Notes: a model not told the origin generated them from the letters alone. A stretch of DNA of 61,336 nt, filler included, from Anaerolineae bacterium (GCA_029262755.1; 5 parts of 5 records of this genome joined end to end with filler, not necessarily neighbours in it); one strand, 5' to 3'; positions 1-7,409 are shown, counted from the first letter of the whole stretch. Numbers and translations are program-made.

Positions 1-523
1 GACCTTTCAATTCTGTCCCCGCCCACACCTTTTCTTTTTGACCCGCAGACTCAAACGTCGCAACGTGATTCGTGATATCGGTGATCTTCACCAGGTTGCG
101 CGGGCCGAGTTCACTGCCGCCGTCAGGAATCCATCCGCAGAGACCAATATCTCGACGCGGTTCACCCGGCTCTAACGGCTCAATGTCCGCGTTGGTCAAC
201 CACACCGGCACTCCTCGGCGAACGGCCTTGCCAATCGCAAGACGGTATTGCGTCTCAAAGTAATGATGATGCACCGGAGTGGCCGCCCACTGTTTCGTGA
301 AAGGAATCGACCACATATATCGGAGGGTGACGGGATCGCTTGGATATGATCCAAGTGGCCCGATGTGCAACGCCCCAATCGGCGTCAACGGCTGCCAGCG
401 CGTGGCCGGTGTGTCACCCACAATGCCCGCCTGCACGCAGGTCACGAACTTCGACTCCGTGCAACTCGTCATCAAGCGCCACAGGGTTACCGTTATCTGC
501 TGGAAAAACACTTCAATCATCAT
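1..523 (-). CDS. Hypothetical protein, 3'-truncated at window edge (MMIEVFFQQITVTLWRL...)
   Basis: Hand-translated open frame from ATG 523 to the edge, overlapping the stop of the upstream gene. Absent from the ORF track because it has no stop. Confidence 0.6.
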   Translation of the reverse strand, partial: MMIEVFFQQITVTLWRLMTSCTESKFVTCVQAGIVGDTPATRWQPLTPIGALHIGPLGSYPSDPVTLRYMWSIPFTKQWAATPVHHHYFETQYRLAIGKAVRRGVPVWLTNADIEPLEPGEPRRDIGLCGWIPDGGSELGPRNLVKITDITNHVATFESAGQKEKVWAGTELKG

Positions 524-755
524 CGTTCCTTTCGCTGTTTTCTCTCGCCATCTCGTTCGCAACTTCAGATATCAGCCGAACGGAATTCCACGCTTCAGCA
601 GCAGCCTTCCGCGTTCGGTGCGTCATAGTCATATCTGGACGGACACAGCACTCCCCATTGGTGCACCTTAGCCCGTGCCCCCTTCTCGCCCATTTCCATG
701 TTTGCATTGTCTTGTTACACCAGGGGCACTGTGGTATCGGCAGTCGCTTCGCCAT
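513..755 (-). CDS. Lar-family (restriction alleviation)-like Zn-finger protein
   Basis: CPWC...CxxxxC...AAAEAWN pattern typical of Lar-like phage proteins. Confidence 0.6.
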   Translation of the reverse strand: MAKRLPIPQCPWCNKTMQTWKWARRGHGLRCTNGECCVRPDMTMTHRTRKAAAEAWNSVRLISEVANEMARENSERNDDD

Positions 756-758
756 CCC

Positions 759-896
759 TTACTCCTCCCTGCCCGCAGGGGGCTGAAAATCGTCGTCGTC
801 ATCGGGGCACTCGGGACATTCGTAGCACTCAGCCTCATCCAAGCCACAACCACGAAAAACAAGGCCACTATGCCTATAACTCTTAATATCATCCAC
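759..896 (-). CDS. Small acidic Cys-rich protein (45 aa, ...ECYECPECPDDDDDF...)
   Basis: Hand-translated GTG-start ORF that exactly fills the gap between neighbours. Preferred over track ORF 668..892, which overlaps the Lar-like gene. Confidence 0.45.
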   Translation of the reverse strand: MDDIKSYRHSGLVFRGCGLDEAECYECPECPDDDDDFQPPAGREE

Positions 897-900
897 TCCC

Positions 901-1134
901 TTACTCAGACAACAACAACTGCACGTCGCGGATCAATACGACCCGCGACGTGCAACCAGGCGCTAGAAGAACTTGGCGGGTATCTGATCGATGAAGTCGA
1001 ACAGAGGGCCAAGCTGTACCATCACCTTCAAAAGGAACACAACCATAGCAATCCTCCACAAAAAACCCGGCTGGTCCATCAAGAACAAACACATCCTTGA
1101 CTTTGAGCCAGTGGTGAAAATCATTACTGCTCAT
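901..1134 (-). CDS. Hypothetical phage protein
   Basis: 77-aa ORF; its ATG overlaps the upstream TGA (ATGA). Confidence 0.5.
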   Translation of the reverse strand: MSSNDFHHWLKVKDVFVLDGPAGFFVEDCYGCVPFEGDGTAWPSVRLHRSDTRQVLLAPGCTSRVVLIRDVQLLLSE

Positions 1135-1211
1135 GCCACTATCGCCTTCGCCACCACCTTCTCGGCGATAAAGCGGTCAAGCTGTTCATCGGTCATGTCT
1201 TCAGGTTTCAT
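1131..1211 (-). CDS. 26-aa mini-ORF MKPEDMTDEQLDRFIAEKVVAKAIVA (internally deleted copy of 1426-1791)
   Basis: First 19 aa are identical to the gene at 1426-1791. Tail AKAIV resembles its AKAVG end, with cgccttcgcc shared at 1143-1152 and 1441-1450. Confidence 0.55.
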   Translation of the reverse strand: MKPEDMTDEQLDRFIAEKVVAKAIVA

Positions 1212-1244
1212 CGGAATCTCGCTTTCGGATTGCTTTAGCCGCTG
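1155..1244. repeat. Gene-junction direct repeat, copy 1
   Basis: 1155-1229 matches 1735-1809 (75 bp, 3 mismatches). 1198-1244 matches 2052-2098 (47 bp, 1 mismatch). Confidence 0.95.
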
Positions 1245-1263
1245 CCGGTCGTTCATCGCTCAT
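1201..1263 (-). CDS. 20-aa mini-ORF MSDERPAAAKAIRKRDSDET (C-terminal remnant of the 2055-2321 type gene)
   Basis: TGATG-coupled to the upstream gene. C-terminus nearly identical to AAKAIRKRGSDET of 2055-2321. Confidence 0.5.
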   Translation of the reverse strand: MSDERPAAAKAIRKRDSDET

Positions 1264-1433
1264 CACTCACCTCTACCAATTCTGTCGTAGCACGACAAAC
1301 ACAGCCCCGCGCCGCTTTTGCGTTTCTTTACGCGAGCGCCGCACTTCCAACACGTTAGTTTGATGTTTTCGATCACGATCAGGACGGCAGCGACCGCTCC
1401 CGCGCCAATCAAGATTGTAATCAAGTCATTCAT
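1263..1433 (-). CDS. Small membrane-anchored Zn-finger protein
   Basis: Hydrophobic N-terminal helix followed by CWKC...CLSC. Start re-called at MNDLIT. Confidence 0.6.
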   Translation of the reverse strand: MNDLITILIGAGAVAAVLIVIENIKLTCWKCGARVKKRKSGAGLCLSCYDRIGRGE

Positions 1434-1791
1434 CCCCCACCGCCTTCGCCGCCGCCTCGCAGATTGCGCGGCTTTCTCGACCGCTCGCGTTAGAAGCATC
1501 GAACCGCACAAACGATCCATGCACAAACTCGCATTTCACATGGTTGGTAAAAGAATGCTCCATCTCAAACTCCCAGCCGCTTTCCATCATCTTCTTCGCG
1601 ACCTCGTCCATGGCCTGAACGATAACACGAGTTGGATGCCAATCATGCAACGAACAAGTACGGCGGTAGGCGCGATCATGGAGGCGTTCCACCCATACCT
1701 GCGTACCCAGTTCATCGCGTTCTTCCCATCCCATCACCTTCTCGGCGATAAAGCGGTCAAGCTGCTCGTCGGTCATGTCTTCAGGTTTCAT
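1426..1791 (-). CDS. Phage ABA-sandwich (BC1872-like) domain protein
   Basis: MTDEQLDRFIAEKVMGW ... WHPT...AM ... RAICEAA pattern. Confidence 0.7.
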   Translation of the reverse strand: MKPEDMTDEQLDRFIAEKVMGWEERDELGTQVWVERLHDRAYRRTCSLHDWHPTRVIVQAMDEVAKKMMESGWEFEMEHSFTNHVKCEFVHGSFVRFDASNASGRESRAICEAAAKAVGDE

Positions 1792-1809
1792 CGGAACCTC
1801 GCTTTCGGA
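1735..1809. repeat. Gene-junction direct repeat, copy 2
   Basis: Matches copy 1; spans the stop of 1781-2065 and the start of 1426-1791. Confidence 0.95.
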
Positions 1810-2065
1810 CAAATTTCAAACACGTTTCCATCGCACGATGCCATCCAATCGCACAGGAGGCAGAATGGTGCTCTGGGTGTGCTATTAGGCTGTGCTCTCT
1901 GATCCATTTTGAAAACGCCTCCCGCTCCCCGGTGACGGCCTCGCGTATGTGTTGGATTACGTATTGTGTACAGTCAGCGTACGTCTCACGCCCCCCAAAC
2001 CCACCGTTTGTCGCCTGCCCAACAAGCCTGTCGTAGATATTTTCAGCCCGTTCTTCAGGTTTCAT
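1781..2065 (-). CDS. Hypothetical phage protein (EREA...RKRG family)
   Basis: Start MKPEERAE lies inside the repeat; C-terminus paralogous to 2055-2321. Confidence 0.65.
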   Translation of the reverse strand: MKPEERAENIYDRLVGQATNGGFGGRETYADCTQYVIQHIREAVTGEREAFSKWIREHSLIAHPEHHSASCAIGWHRAMETCLKFVRKRGSDET

Positions 2066-2098
2066 CGGAACCTCGCTTTCGGATTGCTTTAGCCGCTG
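2052..2098. repeat. Gene-junction direct repeat, copy 3
   Basis: Matches copy 1; spans the stop of 2055-2321 and the start of 1781-2065. Confidence 0.95.
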
Positions 2099-2321
2099 TT
2101 TGAGCAGACATGGGTGCGATATTGTGGTGCGACCACGACGCTGCCACCGCATCGCACACTTTCGCACACGCCTCCCGTTCCTCGGCCACAGCTTTACGGA
2201 GGTGGCCTAGAATATTACTCTCAACTGCATTCCAAGCCGTGTGGTCATCAGAAAGCGGACTTACCGAAGCACAATAAGCATGAATGCGAGCCAATCTCGC
2301 TCGTTCTTCAATCGTCATCAT
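2055..2321 (-). CDS. Hypothetical phage protein (EREACAKVCD...AIRKRG family)
   Basis: EREACAxxC...AxAIR motif common in small phage proteins. Start re-called at MMTIEER. Confidence 0.7.
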   Translation of the reverse strand: MMTIEERARLARIHAYCASVSPLSDDHTAWNAVESNILGHLRKAVAEEREACAKVCDAVAASWSHHNIAPMSAQTAAKAIRKRGSDET

Positions 2322-2325
2322 AACA

Positions 2326-3624
2326 TTACTCGCTCTTCCGCCCCAGGGACATCCGCCTGTCACAATTACTGCACCCCGCCACCAAAGCAGGAGCACATGG
2401 ATATTCCGCCACCATCCTGCGCAGCACTCCACAATCAGAATCGATTGTCTCTACTTCATACAATCCATTGGGCAGCTTACGATAATCACATGCTCCAGCC
2501 GGTGCAAAATCACGATGTTGAATGGCCTTGAAATAGTCTTCGATGCCGACGGACACAGTACATGCGTCTGGACGGCAACAGCAATCATCAGGACAGAACG
2601 CAGCACCATCCTTCTTGAAAACATGCGGAGCCCACCACAACCAAAAGCCATCAGCATATTCACTGCACGCCCACATCGTACCATCAAGAGAATCAAATGA
2701 ACCAGGCAATGCGTCCACTGGCCGATGATCAAAGTCCTCGAAGCACAACCGATTCGGGTCAAGTCCAATCACAAAACGCACATCCCATTCACCATTATTC
2801 GTCCATGTATGCTGATAAGAACCGAAGTTGCCTGTGGACGTGCAATAATCCGTGTCCTGCCATCCCCGCTGATACCAATGCTCGACAAAAGATGTCAACG
2901 GTTGCGTACCGGCAAACATGCCCCGGTGTATGGGAGCATCACCATCTGCGTTAATCAATCCAAACCTCAGACCTCCTGCAGCGATCTTAATCCGCCTCGC
3001 AAGCTGCTCAGCTATCACTCGCTGATAAGGTGTCCGCTTGCAGTACTCACAGTAGCACGCGGACTTGTACTTCACCGCCCGTGTCTTACCATTACACTTG
3101 TTGTCCAAATACAACTCCATGTCAATGGCAATACCCTTAATGTTGTGGAAGGGCCGTGCCAGTCTCGCCAGCCCCTCCACACGCTGGCGCTGAAATTCCC
3201 ACCACGTATTCCAAGTCGGGCATGGTACAGCATCGTGTTCAACACCCGCCGCATCCACCCACGGCCTGAAGCTGGAGGAACCTCGCCACTGCATCATGCT
3301 TCGTATAGTACCAGCATACAAATCGTGTGATAGATGCTCACACTGATTCAATCCACAGTTACAACCGGCACACCACGGAATCACCAACCAAATCCCTGCT
3401 CGTGATCCAACAGCGCGTGACATTTGCGAAACTTTAAGCAGCGTAGCAGCATCTGGTCGGGCGGGCACATTGTCCAACACCGCCAACACATCTGTCACAC
3501 CATAGTCAAGTGGATTGTGGTGGGCAGGATCAATAAACTGCTCAACTTGAGTAGCATTGCAATACCACGCTGCCATAGGTTCCGACTGACCAACAACTAA
3601 CATCATCAGAATTACGAAAATCAT
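2326..3624 (-). CDS. Putative secreted protein, possible glycoside-hydrolase-like TIM barrel
   Basis: Hydrophobic N-terminus MIFVILMMLVVG; IKGIAIDMELY and DGFWLW strand motifs; Trp/Cys-rich; ATGA-coupled start. Confidence 0.55.
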   Translation of the reverse strand: MIFVILMMLVVGQSEPMAAWYCNATQVEQFIDPAHHNPLDYGVTDVLAVLDNVPARPDAATLLKVSQMSRAVGSRAGIWLVIPWCAGCNCGLNQCEHLSHDLYAGTIRSMMQWRGSSSFRPWVDAAGVEHDAVPCPTWNTWWEFQRQRVEGLARLARPFHNIKGIAIDMELYLDNKCNGKTRAVKYKSACYCEYCKRTPYQRVIAEQLARRIKIAAGGLRFGLINADGDAPIHRGMFAGTQPLTSFVEHWYQRGWQDTDYCTSTGNFGSYQHTWTNNGEWDVRFVIGLDPNRLCFEDFDHRPVDALPGSFDSLDGTMWACSEYADGFWLWWAPHVFKKDGAAFCPDDCCCRPDACTVSVGIEDYFKAIQHRDFAPAGACDYRKLPNGLYEVETIDSDCGVLRRMVAEYPCAPALVAGCSNCDRRMSLGRKSE

Positions 3625-3773
3625 TCTTTGCCTTTCCATACATTGTCCAGATACTCAATGTCGCTTGGATGTGGGGTGCTGCCTAGCAAATGTCCTTTGT
3701 GGTCCCACCACCAATAAAACCGCATGGACTTCCACAACCACCGCAAATGCCTAATCGCAAACCAGCGTTTCAT
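3621..3773 (-). CDS. Small Trp-rich hypothetical protein
   Basis: 50 aa, ATGA-coupled at both ends. Confidence 0.55.
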   Translation of the reverse strand: MKRWFAIRHLRWLWKSMRFYWWWDHKGHLLGSTPHPSDIEYLDNVWKGKE

Positions 3774-3934
3774 CCACACACCTTCTTCCAAATTCTCTCG
3801 ATGACATCTCTCTGCTTTTCCGTGAATTTGACAAGAGTATCCACACTCTCGATGAAGTCCATTTCCCAAGATGTTAGTCCGACATCCTTTGCTAACACCT
3901 CCTCAATCATCTTCTTGTATTCATGATCATCCAT
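3770..3934 (-). CDS. Small helical phage protein (LTSWEMDFIES...TEKQ...IERIW)
   Basis: Hand-translated 54-aa ORF below the track cutoff; fills the gap; motif typical of small phage proteins. Confidence 0.65.
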   Translation of the reverse strand: MDDHEYKKMIEEVLAKDVGLTSWEMDFIESVDTLVKFTEKQRDVIERIWKKVCG

Positions 3935-3937
3935 GTA

Positions 3938-4210
3938 TCATGTTCCTCCAACCTCTCCCACCACCAACTTAACAACTTCATCTATCTTCATTGCACAATC
4001 GGAACACATATCGATCCGCCTTCCCTGACTAACAGAATATCTGATTACTCCGTCCTGACAGTTTTTGAATGTCAAACAAGGCAACGTCACTTCTATAATG
4101 AAACATGGATTAACTCTCCGTGATTCCGCACACGCCCGTCCTTCCACCTTCTCAGTTGCACCACAAGCATCACATGTGTAAACCACATGCTGATGATGAT
4201 CAATACTCAT
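3938..4210 (-). CDS. Zn-ribbon phage protein
   Basis: TCDACG...DMCSDC; GGAG RBS upstream. Confidence 0.65.
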   Translation of the reverse strand: MSIDHHQHVVYTCDACGATEKVEGRACAESRRVNPCFIIEVTLPCLTFKNCQDGVIRYSVSQGRRIDMCSDCAMKIDEVVKLVVGEVGGT

Positions 4211-4248
4211 TTCTTCGCTCCTTCACTTCTAGAATCCACAACCCCTTA

Positions 4249-4665
4249 TCACAATTTGGGCGGTCGCAAATACTCAATGACACTTTCATCCTTATAAACA
4301 AATGTGAATGATTCTCTGTTCTCTACTTCAACATCCAACACCGCTTGACGAACCAAGAAGTGGTCATTCAATACGCAGCGTTCAAACCACTTCCTTATTT
4401 CAGCCACGTCATCATAATCACGAAGATCACCCCACAAAGATACAGTGTATGCGTACACAGCGGACCTGTCTGGGTTTTCGTCCAGTTTCCAATGAACACT
4501 GCCCTCCGATCCGTGAGGGACATCACATGCTTTCCATGATTCGTGAGGATCGTCCCAATCCACAGTCTTGCCCAGCGCAGCTTCATACTGCTCCCGAAGG
4601 GCCACGTCCGCCATTCTCATGTCATCATATCTGATAAGCCCACAAACATGCGTCCATTGAGACAT
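4249..4665 (-). CDS. Conserved hypothetical phage protein (MSQWTHV...GSEG...GDLRD)
   Basis: 138-aa ORF with an AAGGA RBS and protein-like composition. Confidence 0.7.
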   Translation of the reverse strand: MSQWTHVCGLIRYDDMRMADVALREQYEAALGKTVDWDDPHESWKACDVPHGSEGSVHWKLDENPDRSAVYAYTVSLWGDLRDYDDVAEIRKWFERCVLNDHFLVRQAVLDVEVENRESFTFVYKDESVIEYLRPPKL

Positions 4666-4685
4666 TTCAGTTTCCTTTCATCCCC

Positions 4686-4892
4686 CTAAAGCCGCACAGC
4701 ACTCGGTTTCACTCCTGCCTTCGCACACATTATATATCCTGCCGCTTCCCAGTAATTCTCCACCACAACAGCTTTCCTCTGACTCACACCCGGTACACGA
4801 TTCTCTTCTACTAATAGTGCATGTACACCTGTCTCACCGCCCGTCACTATTCGTACAATACCATCTTCCTCTTGTTCAGCCCAAAACTTCAT
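4686..4892 (-). CDS. Hypothetical protein
   Basis: Start re-called at MKFWAEQ, overlapping the end of the upstream ORF. Confidence 0.55.
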   Translation of the reverse strand: MKFWAEQEEDGIVRIVTGGETGVHALLVEENRVPGVSQRKAVVVENYWEAAGYIMCAKAGVKPSAVRL

Positions 4893-5022
4893 CGCTCTTC
4901 CTTTCACATTCCTTGCACAGCCGTGCTTCTCCAGGAGCATCACCATCTACGACGGCGTTACACTCTACACAAATAACACCGTTAATTATCAATTCAGCTT
5001 TCGCTTTTTCGTTTTTGTTCAT
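4876..5022 (-). CDS. Small Zn-finger protein (CVEC...DGDAPG...LCKEC, 48 aa)
   Basis: Hand-translated; TGATG-coupled to the upstream gene; two CxxC pairs. Confidence 0.65.
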   Translation of the reverse strand: MNKNEKAKAELIINGVICVECNAVVDGDAPGEARLCKECERKSDEVLG

Positions 5023-5282
5023 CACGTATCTTCTCCCTTTTCAATTTCTTTTTCTTTCCGCAACTCCTTACCAATTACCATCAATGACTTCGCCGCCTGC
5101 AGTAGCTTCTTGTCCTGCGCCATCGCTGCAGATTTCTCCCTATACAAAGAGGGATCGAGCATCGGCCCGACGGCTTCGGCCTTTTCAATACCCAACAGCA
5201 GCTCATCAATCGGCATTTCTGTAAGCAACACGGCTGTCTGTGCTAGATACTTCAGAAGACTTTGGTACTCTAATGTTTTCAC
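5022..5282 (-). CDS. Hypothetical phage protein
   Basis: 86-aa helical ORF with GGAG upstream. Confidence 0.65.
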   Translation of the reverse strand: MKTLEYQSLLKYLAQTAVLLTEMPIDELLLGIEKAEAVGPMLDPSLYREKSAAMAQDKKLLQAAKSLMVIGKELRKEKEIEKGEDT

Positions 5283-5297
5283 CCTCTTTTCTCCTCG

Positions 5298-5558
5298 CTA
5301 CTTCCTGGCTTCCTCAGTTATAGCAATATACTCCCTCTTACTGACATCCACAGCTACGTAGCTCTCGCATACATAGGCATGCACCCTCTTAAGTACAAAA
5401 ATAGAATCAATTGCAGAGTTTGCATTCGTCTCCGCTTCTTTATTAAACTCTGCCACTCTCTCCACCACGTCCCAATCCGCCAACATCGCACGAACCCTGG
5501 CAACCGCCATATCAAACTGTCTCAAATAAAGAGACATCGCCTCATCAAATGTCATCAT
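5298..5558 (-). CDS. Hypothetical phage protein
   Basis: 86 aa, AAGGAG RBS. Confidence 0.6.
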   Translation of the reverse strand: MMTFDEAMSLYLRQFDMAVARVRAMLADWDVVERVAEFNKEAETNANSAIDSIFVLKRVHAYVCESYVAVDVSKREYIAITEEARK

Positions 5559-5626
5559 CGCACATGCTCCTTTTTAATTTCCGTCGCGTCACCCAACACA
5601 GCACCTATGAACCAAAGCCAACTCAT
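5555..5626 (-). CDS. Possible 23-aa mini-protein MSWLWFIGAVLGDATEIKKEHVR
   Basis: GGGAG RBS; ATGA-coupled to the next gene; fills the gap. Confidence 0.35.
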   Translation of the reverse strand: MSWLWFIGAVLGDATEIKKEHVR

Positions 5627-5639
5627 TACAACTCCCTTC

Positions 5640-5987
5640 TCATTTAATGAAAAACTGCCATGCCGTCCATCCAATCGACAGTACTGTTATGCCCATCCCA
5701 CAAAATGCAAGGCACTCTGCATCGAAGAAACGACTTACCGCTTCCTCCACCTTCTCCGCAGGCTGTTGCTGCTCCACCTTCTCCGCAGGCTGTTGCTGCC
5801 CTGATTTACTGATATAAATATCCCCCGCAAGACATGATAAATCTGGCTTGCCACTAACCTCCACAGTCAACGTCGCCTGTGATAGCCCATCCAAACTTTG
5901 CTCAACGTCCACCCTCCTCACAATTCCCTTCATTCCTTCACCAGAAGGAATGTCTAATTCTTCTAGATGTCCTAATACTGCACTCAT
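5640..5987 (-). CDS. Hypothetical protein with QQQPAEKVE duplication and hydrophobic C-terminus
   Basis: ATGA-coupled start (MSAVLGHL). Confidence 0.55.
   Translation of the reverse strand: MSAVLGHLEELDIPSGEGMKGIVRRVDVEQSLDGLSQATLTVEVSGKPDLSCLAGDIYISKSGQQQPAEKVEQQQPAEKVEEAVSRFFDAECLAFCGMGITVLSIGWTAWQFFIK
5745..5798. repeat. Perfect 27-bp tandem duplication
   Basis: ctccaccttctccgcaggctgttgctg x2, in frame. Confidence 0.95.
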
Positions 5988-6355
5988 GTCGGCCACCACC
6001 TTCGAACGGTTCTGGTGTTCCTCCCGCTTCGATCCTCGCGACTCTCAATCACTCCCTCCTTCTCAAGCATGTTCAATGTGCGTCGTAAAGTCATTGGACT
6101 TCGCAACAGTACAATCGCCAACTCTTCCGCTGTCGATCCGGGATTCTCCTGCACCACCGACAAAAGAGCATCATATGTACGCTCTTCACAACAGGAGCGA
6201 CCTCCCCGCGAACCGGGTGGATGTAATACGCTCAGCTCTCCCGGATACTTCTCTGGCCAAGCTGGAGTGGACGAACCGTTATCCGTCCGCGAGATTCGTT
6301 TACTTGCCAACTTGTACTCTTCACTCCTTCTCATACTACTTTTTCTTGTAGCCAT
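5984..6355 (-). CDS. Winged HTH DNA-binding protein
   Basis: GGAGG RBS before MATRKSS; C-terminal NPGSTAEELA..L..S..TLRRTLNMLEKEGVIE pattern. Confidence 0.7.
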   Translation of the reverse strand: MATRKSSMRRSEEYKLASKRISRTDNGSSTPAWPEKYPGELSVLHPPGSRGGRSCCEERTYDALLSVVQENPGSTAEELAIVLLRSPMTLRRTLNMLEKEGVIESREDRSGRNTRTVRRWWPT

Positions 6356-6382
6356 ACAACATCCTCCTGTGCACTGTATACT

Positions 6383-6411
6383 AGTATATACACACCGTCC
6401 CGCGCCCACAA
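6383..6411 (-). promoter_or_regulatory. sigma70-type promoter TTGTGG-N17-TATACT
   Basis: Read directly; lies just upstream of the GGAGG RBS of the 6355 gene. Confidence 0.6.
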
Positions 6412-6466
6412 CCCCTCCCCCAGGACGCCCACAACCCCCTAAAAACGCCCACAAACCCGCCCACAA
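6403..6466. repeat. Four direct CGCCCACAA repeats in the only long non-coding gap of contig 1
   Basis: Copies start at 6403, 6426, 6446 and 6458. Confidence 0.8.
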
Positions 6467-6594
6467 CGAACGATAGGGATAGGGGTAGCCGTTCCGATAC
6501 CCGCGCGGGACGAACGCCCCGTACGCGGGACGTGTACGTGTTCTCGGACGTTCGTGTGTTGCTGGAAAAATTGTCGGTGACACACAACACCGCC

Positions 6595-6837
6595 CTACTC
6601 CTTCAACTTCCACCGTCCTGATGCTGTCAACGCAAATCTCGACTTCTCCCCGAGTCTCCGCATCTCCCCATGTAATGAAGCATACACCTTTGTTGTTGGG
6701 GACGCTGCTGTCTCACGGAAGAAGTACATCTCATCTCGAACCATGCACTTCATAATAGCACCCGCGCTCATGGGCTTCCCCTTCTCTTTCAAAACAGTAA
6801 ACGCACAGTCCACTACCGATTGCCATTCTTTTCCCAT
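6595..6837 (-). CDS. Stand-alone HARE-HTH domain protein
   Basis: AFTVLKEKGKPMSA..I...SPTTKVYASL...SRF....GRWKL pattern. Confidence 0.7.
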   Translation of the reverse strand: MGKEWQSVVDCAFTVLKEKGKPMSAGAIMKCMVRDEMYFFRETAASPTTKVYASLHGEMRRLGEKSRFALTASGRWKLKE

Positions 6838-6839
6838 AA

Positions 6840-7409
6840 TCAAATCCTCACAACCCTTCCCACACAAAACTCGTCCGCATGGGTGATCATTAGAATCTGA
6901 ACACCCATGTCCTTCGCTAACGTCTCCAACAAAACAGCCACCTTAGAACGATGTTCCGCTGACAAAAACTTAAAGGGCTCATCCAACACCAAGAAGCGAC
7001 GGCCCTTACTATGCTTCAAAAAGATTACTGACATCCTCAGCGCAAAGGCTACCACATCCACAACCCCTCCACCAGACGCCTCCATCAAATCCACAAACTC
7101 GCCGCCCTTCGACAACTGAAAGCTGACAAGCGACTTACCCCCTACCTTCTTCACTTCCACAACAAAGGCATACTCCTCTCCAAACACCACACGAAGACAT
7201 CGCGTTACCACAGACGCAATAGAATCATACGCATGGGATTGCACCTCCAACGCAACCTCCCGAATAACAGCTTGCGCCCTCGAAACCACCTGAAGCCTGC
7301 GATGCGCTCGCTCTAACTGCTCACGTATATCTCCCAACCTCCTTTTATTATCAGCACGCCGTTTGCATGCTTCCTTACCATACTTCTCTATGATCGTTGT
7401 GTTAATCAC
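6840..7409 (-). CDS. SbcC/Rad50-like ABC ATPase, C-terminal half only
   Basis: Short coiled coil, signature ASGGG, Walker B LVLDEPF and H-loop ITH; no Walker A. Confidence 0.85.
   Translation of the reverse strand: MINTTIIEKYGKEACKRRADNKRRLGDIREQLERAHRRLQVVSRAQAVIREVALEVQSHAYDSIASVVTRCLRVVFGEEYAFVVEVKKVGGKSLVSFQLSKGGEFVDLMEASGGGVVDVVAFALRMSVIFLKHSKGRRFLVLDEPFKFLSAEHRSKVAVLLETLAKDMGVQILMITHADEFCVGRVVRI

Noticed and set aside
668..892. Track ORF MILRVIGIVALFF... as a membrane protein
   Set aside because: It overlaps the Lar-like gene by 88 nt, while the alternative frame 759-896 fits the gap exactly. Not fully excluded.
1155..2098. Junction repeats as a CRISPR array or a DGR template/variable repeat pair
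   Set aside because: Spacings are 274-580 bp and coding, mismatches are few and not adenine-specific, and no cas or reverse transcriptase gene is present.
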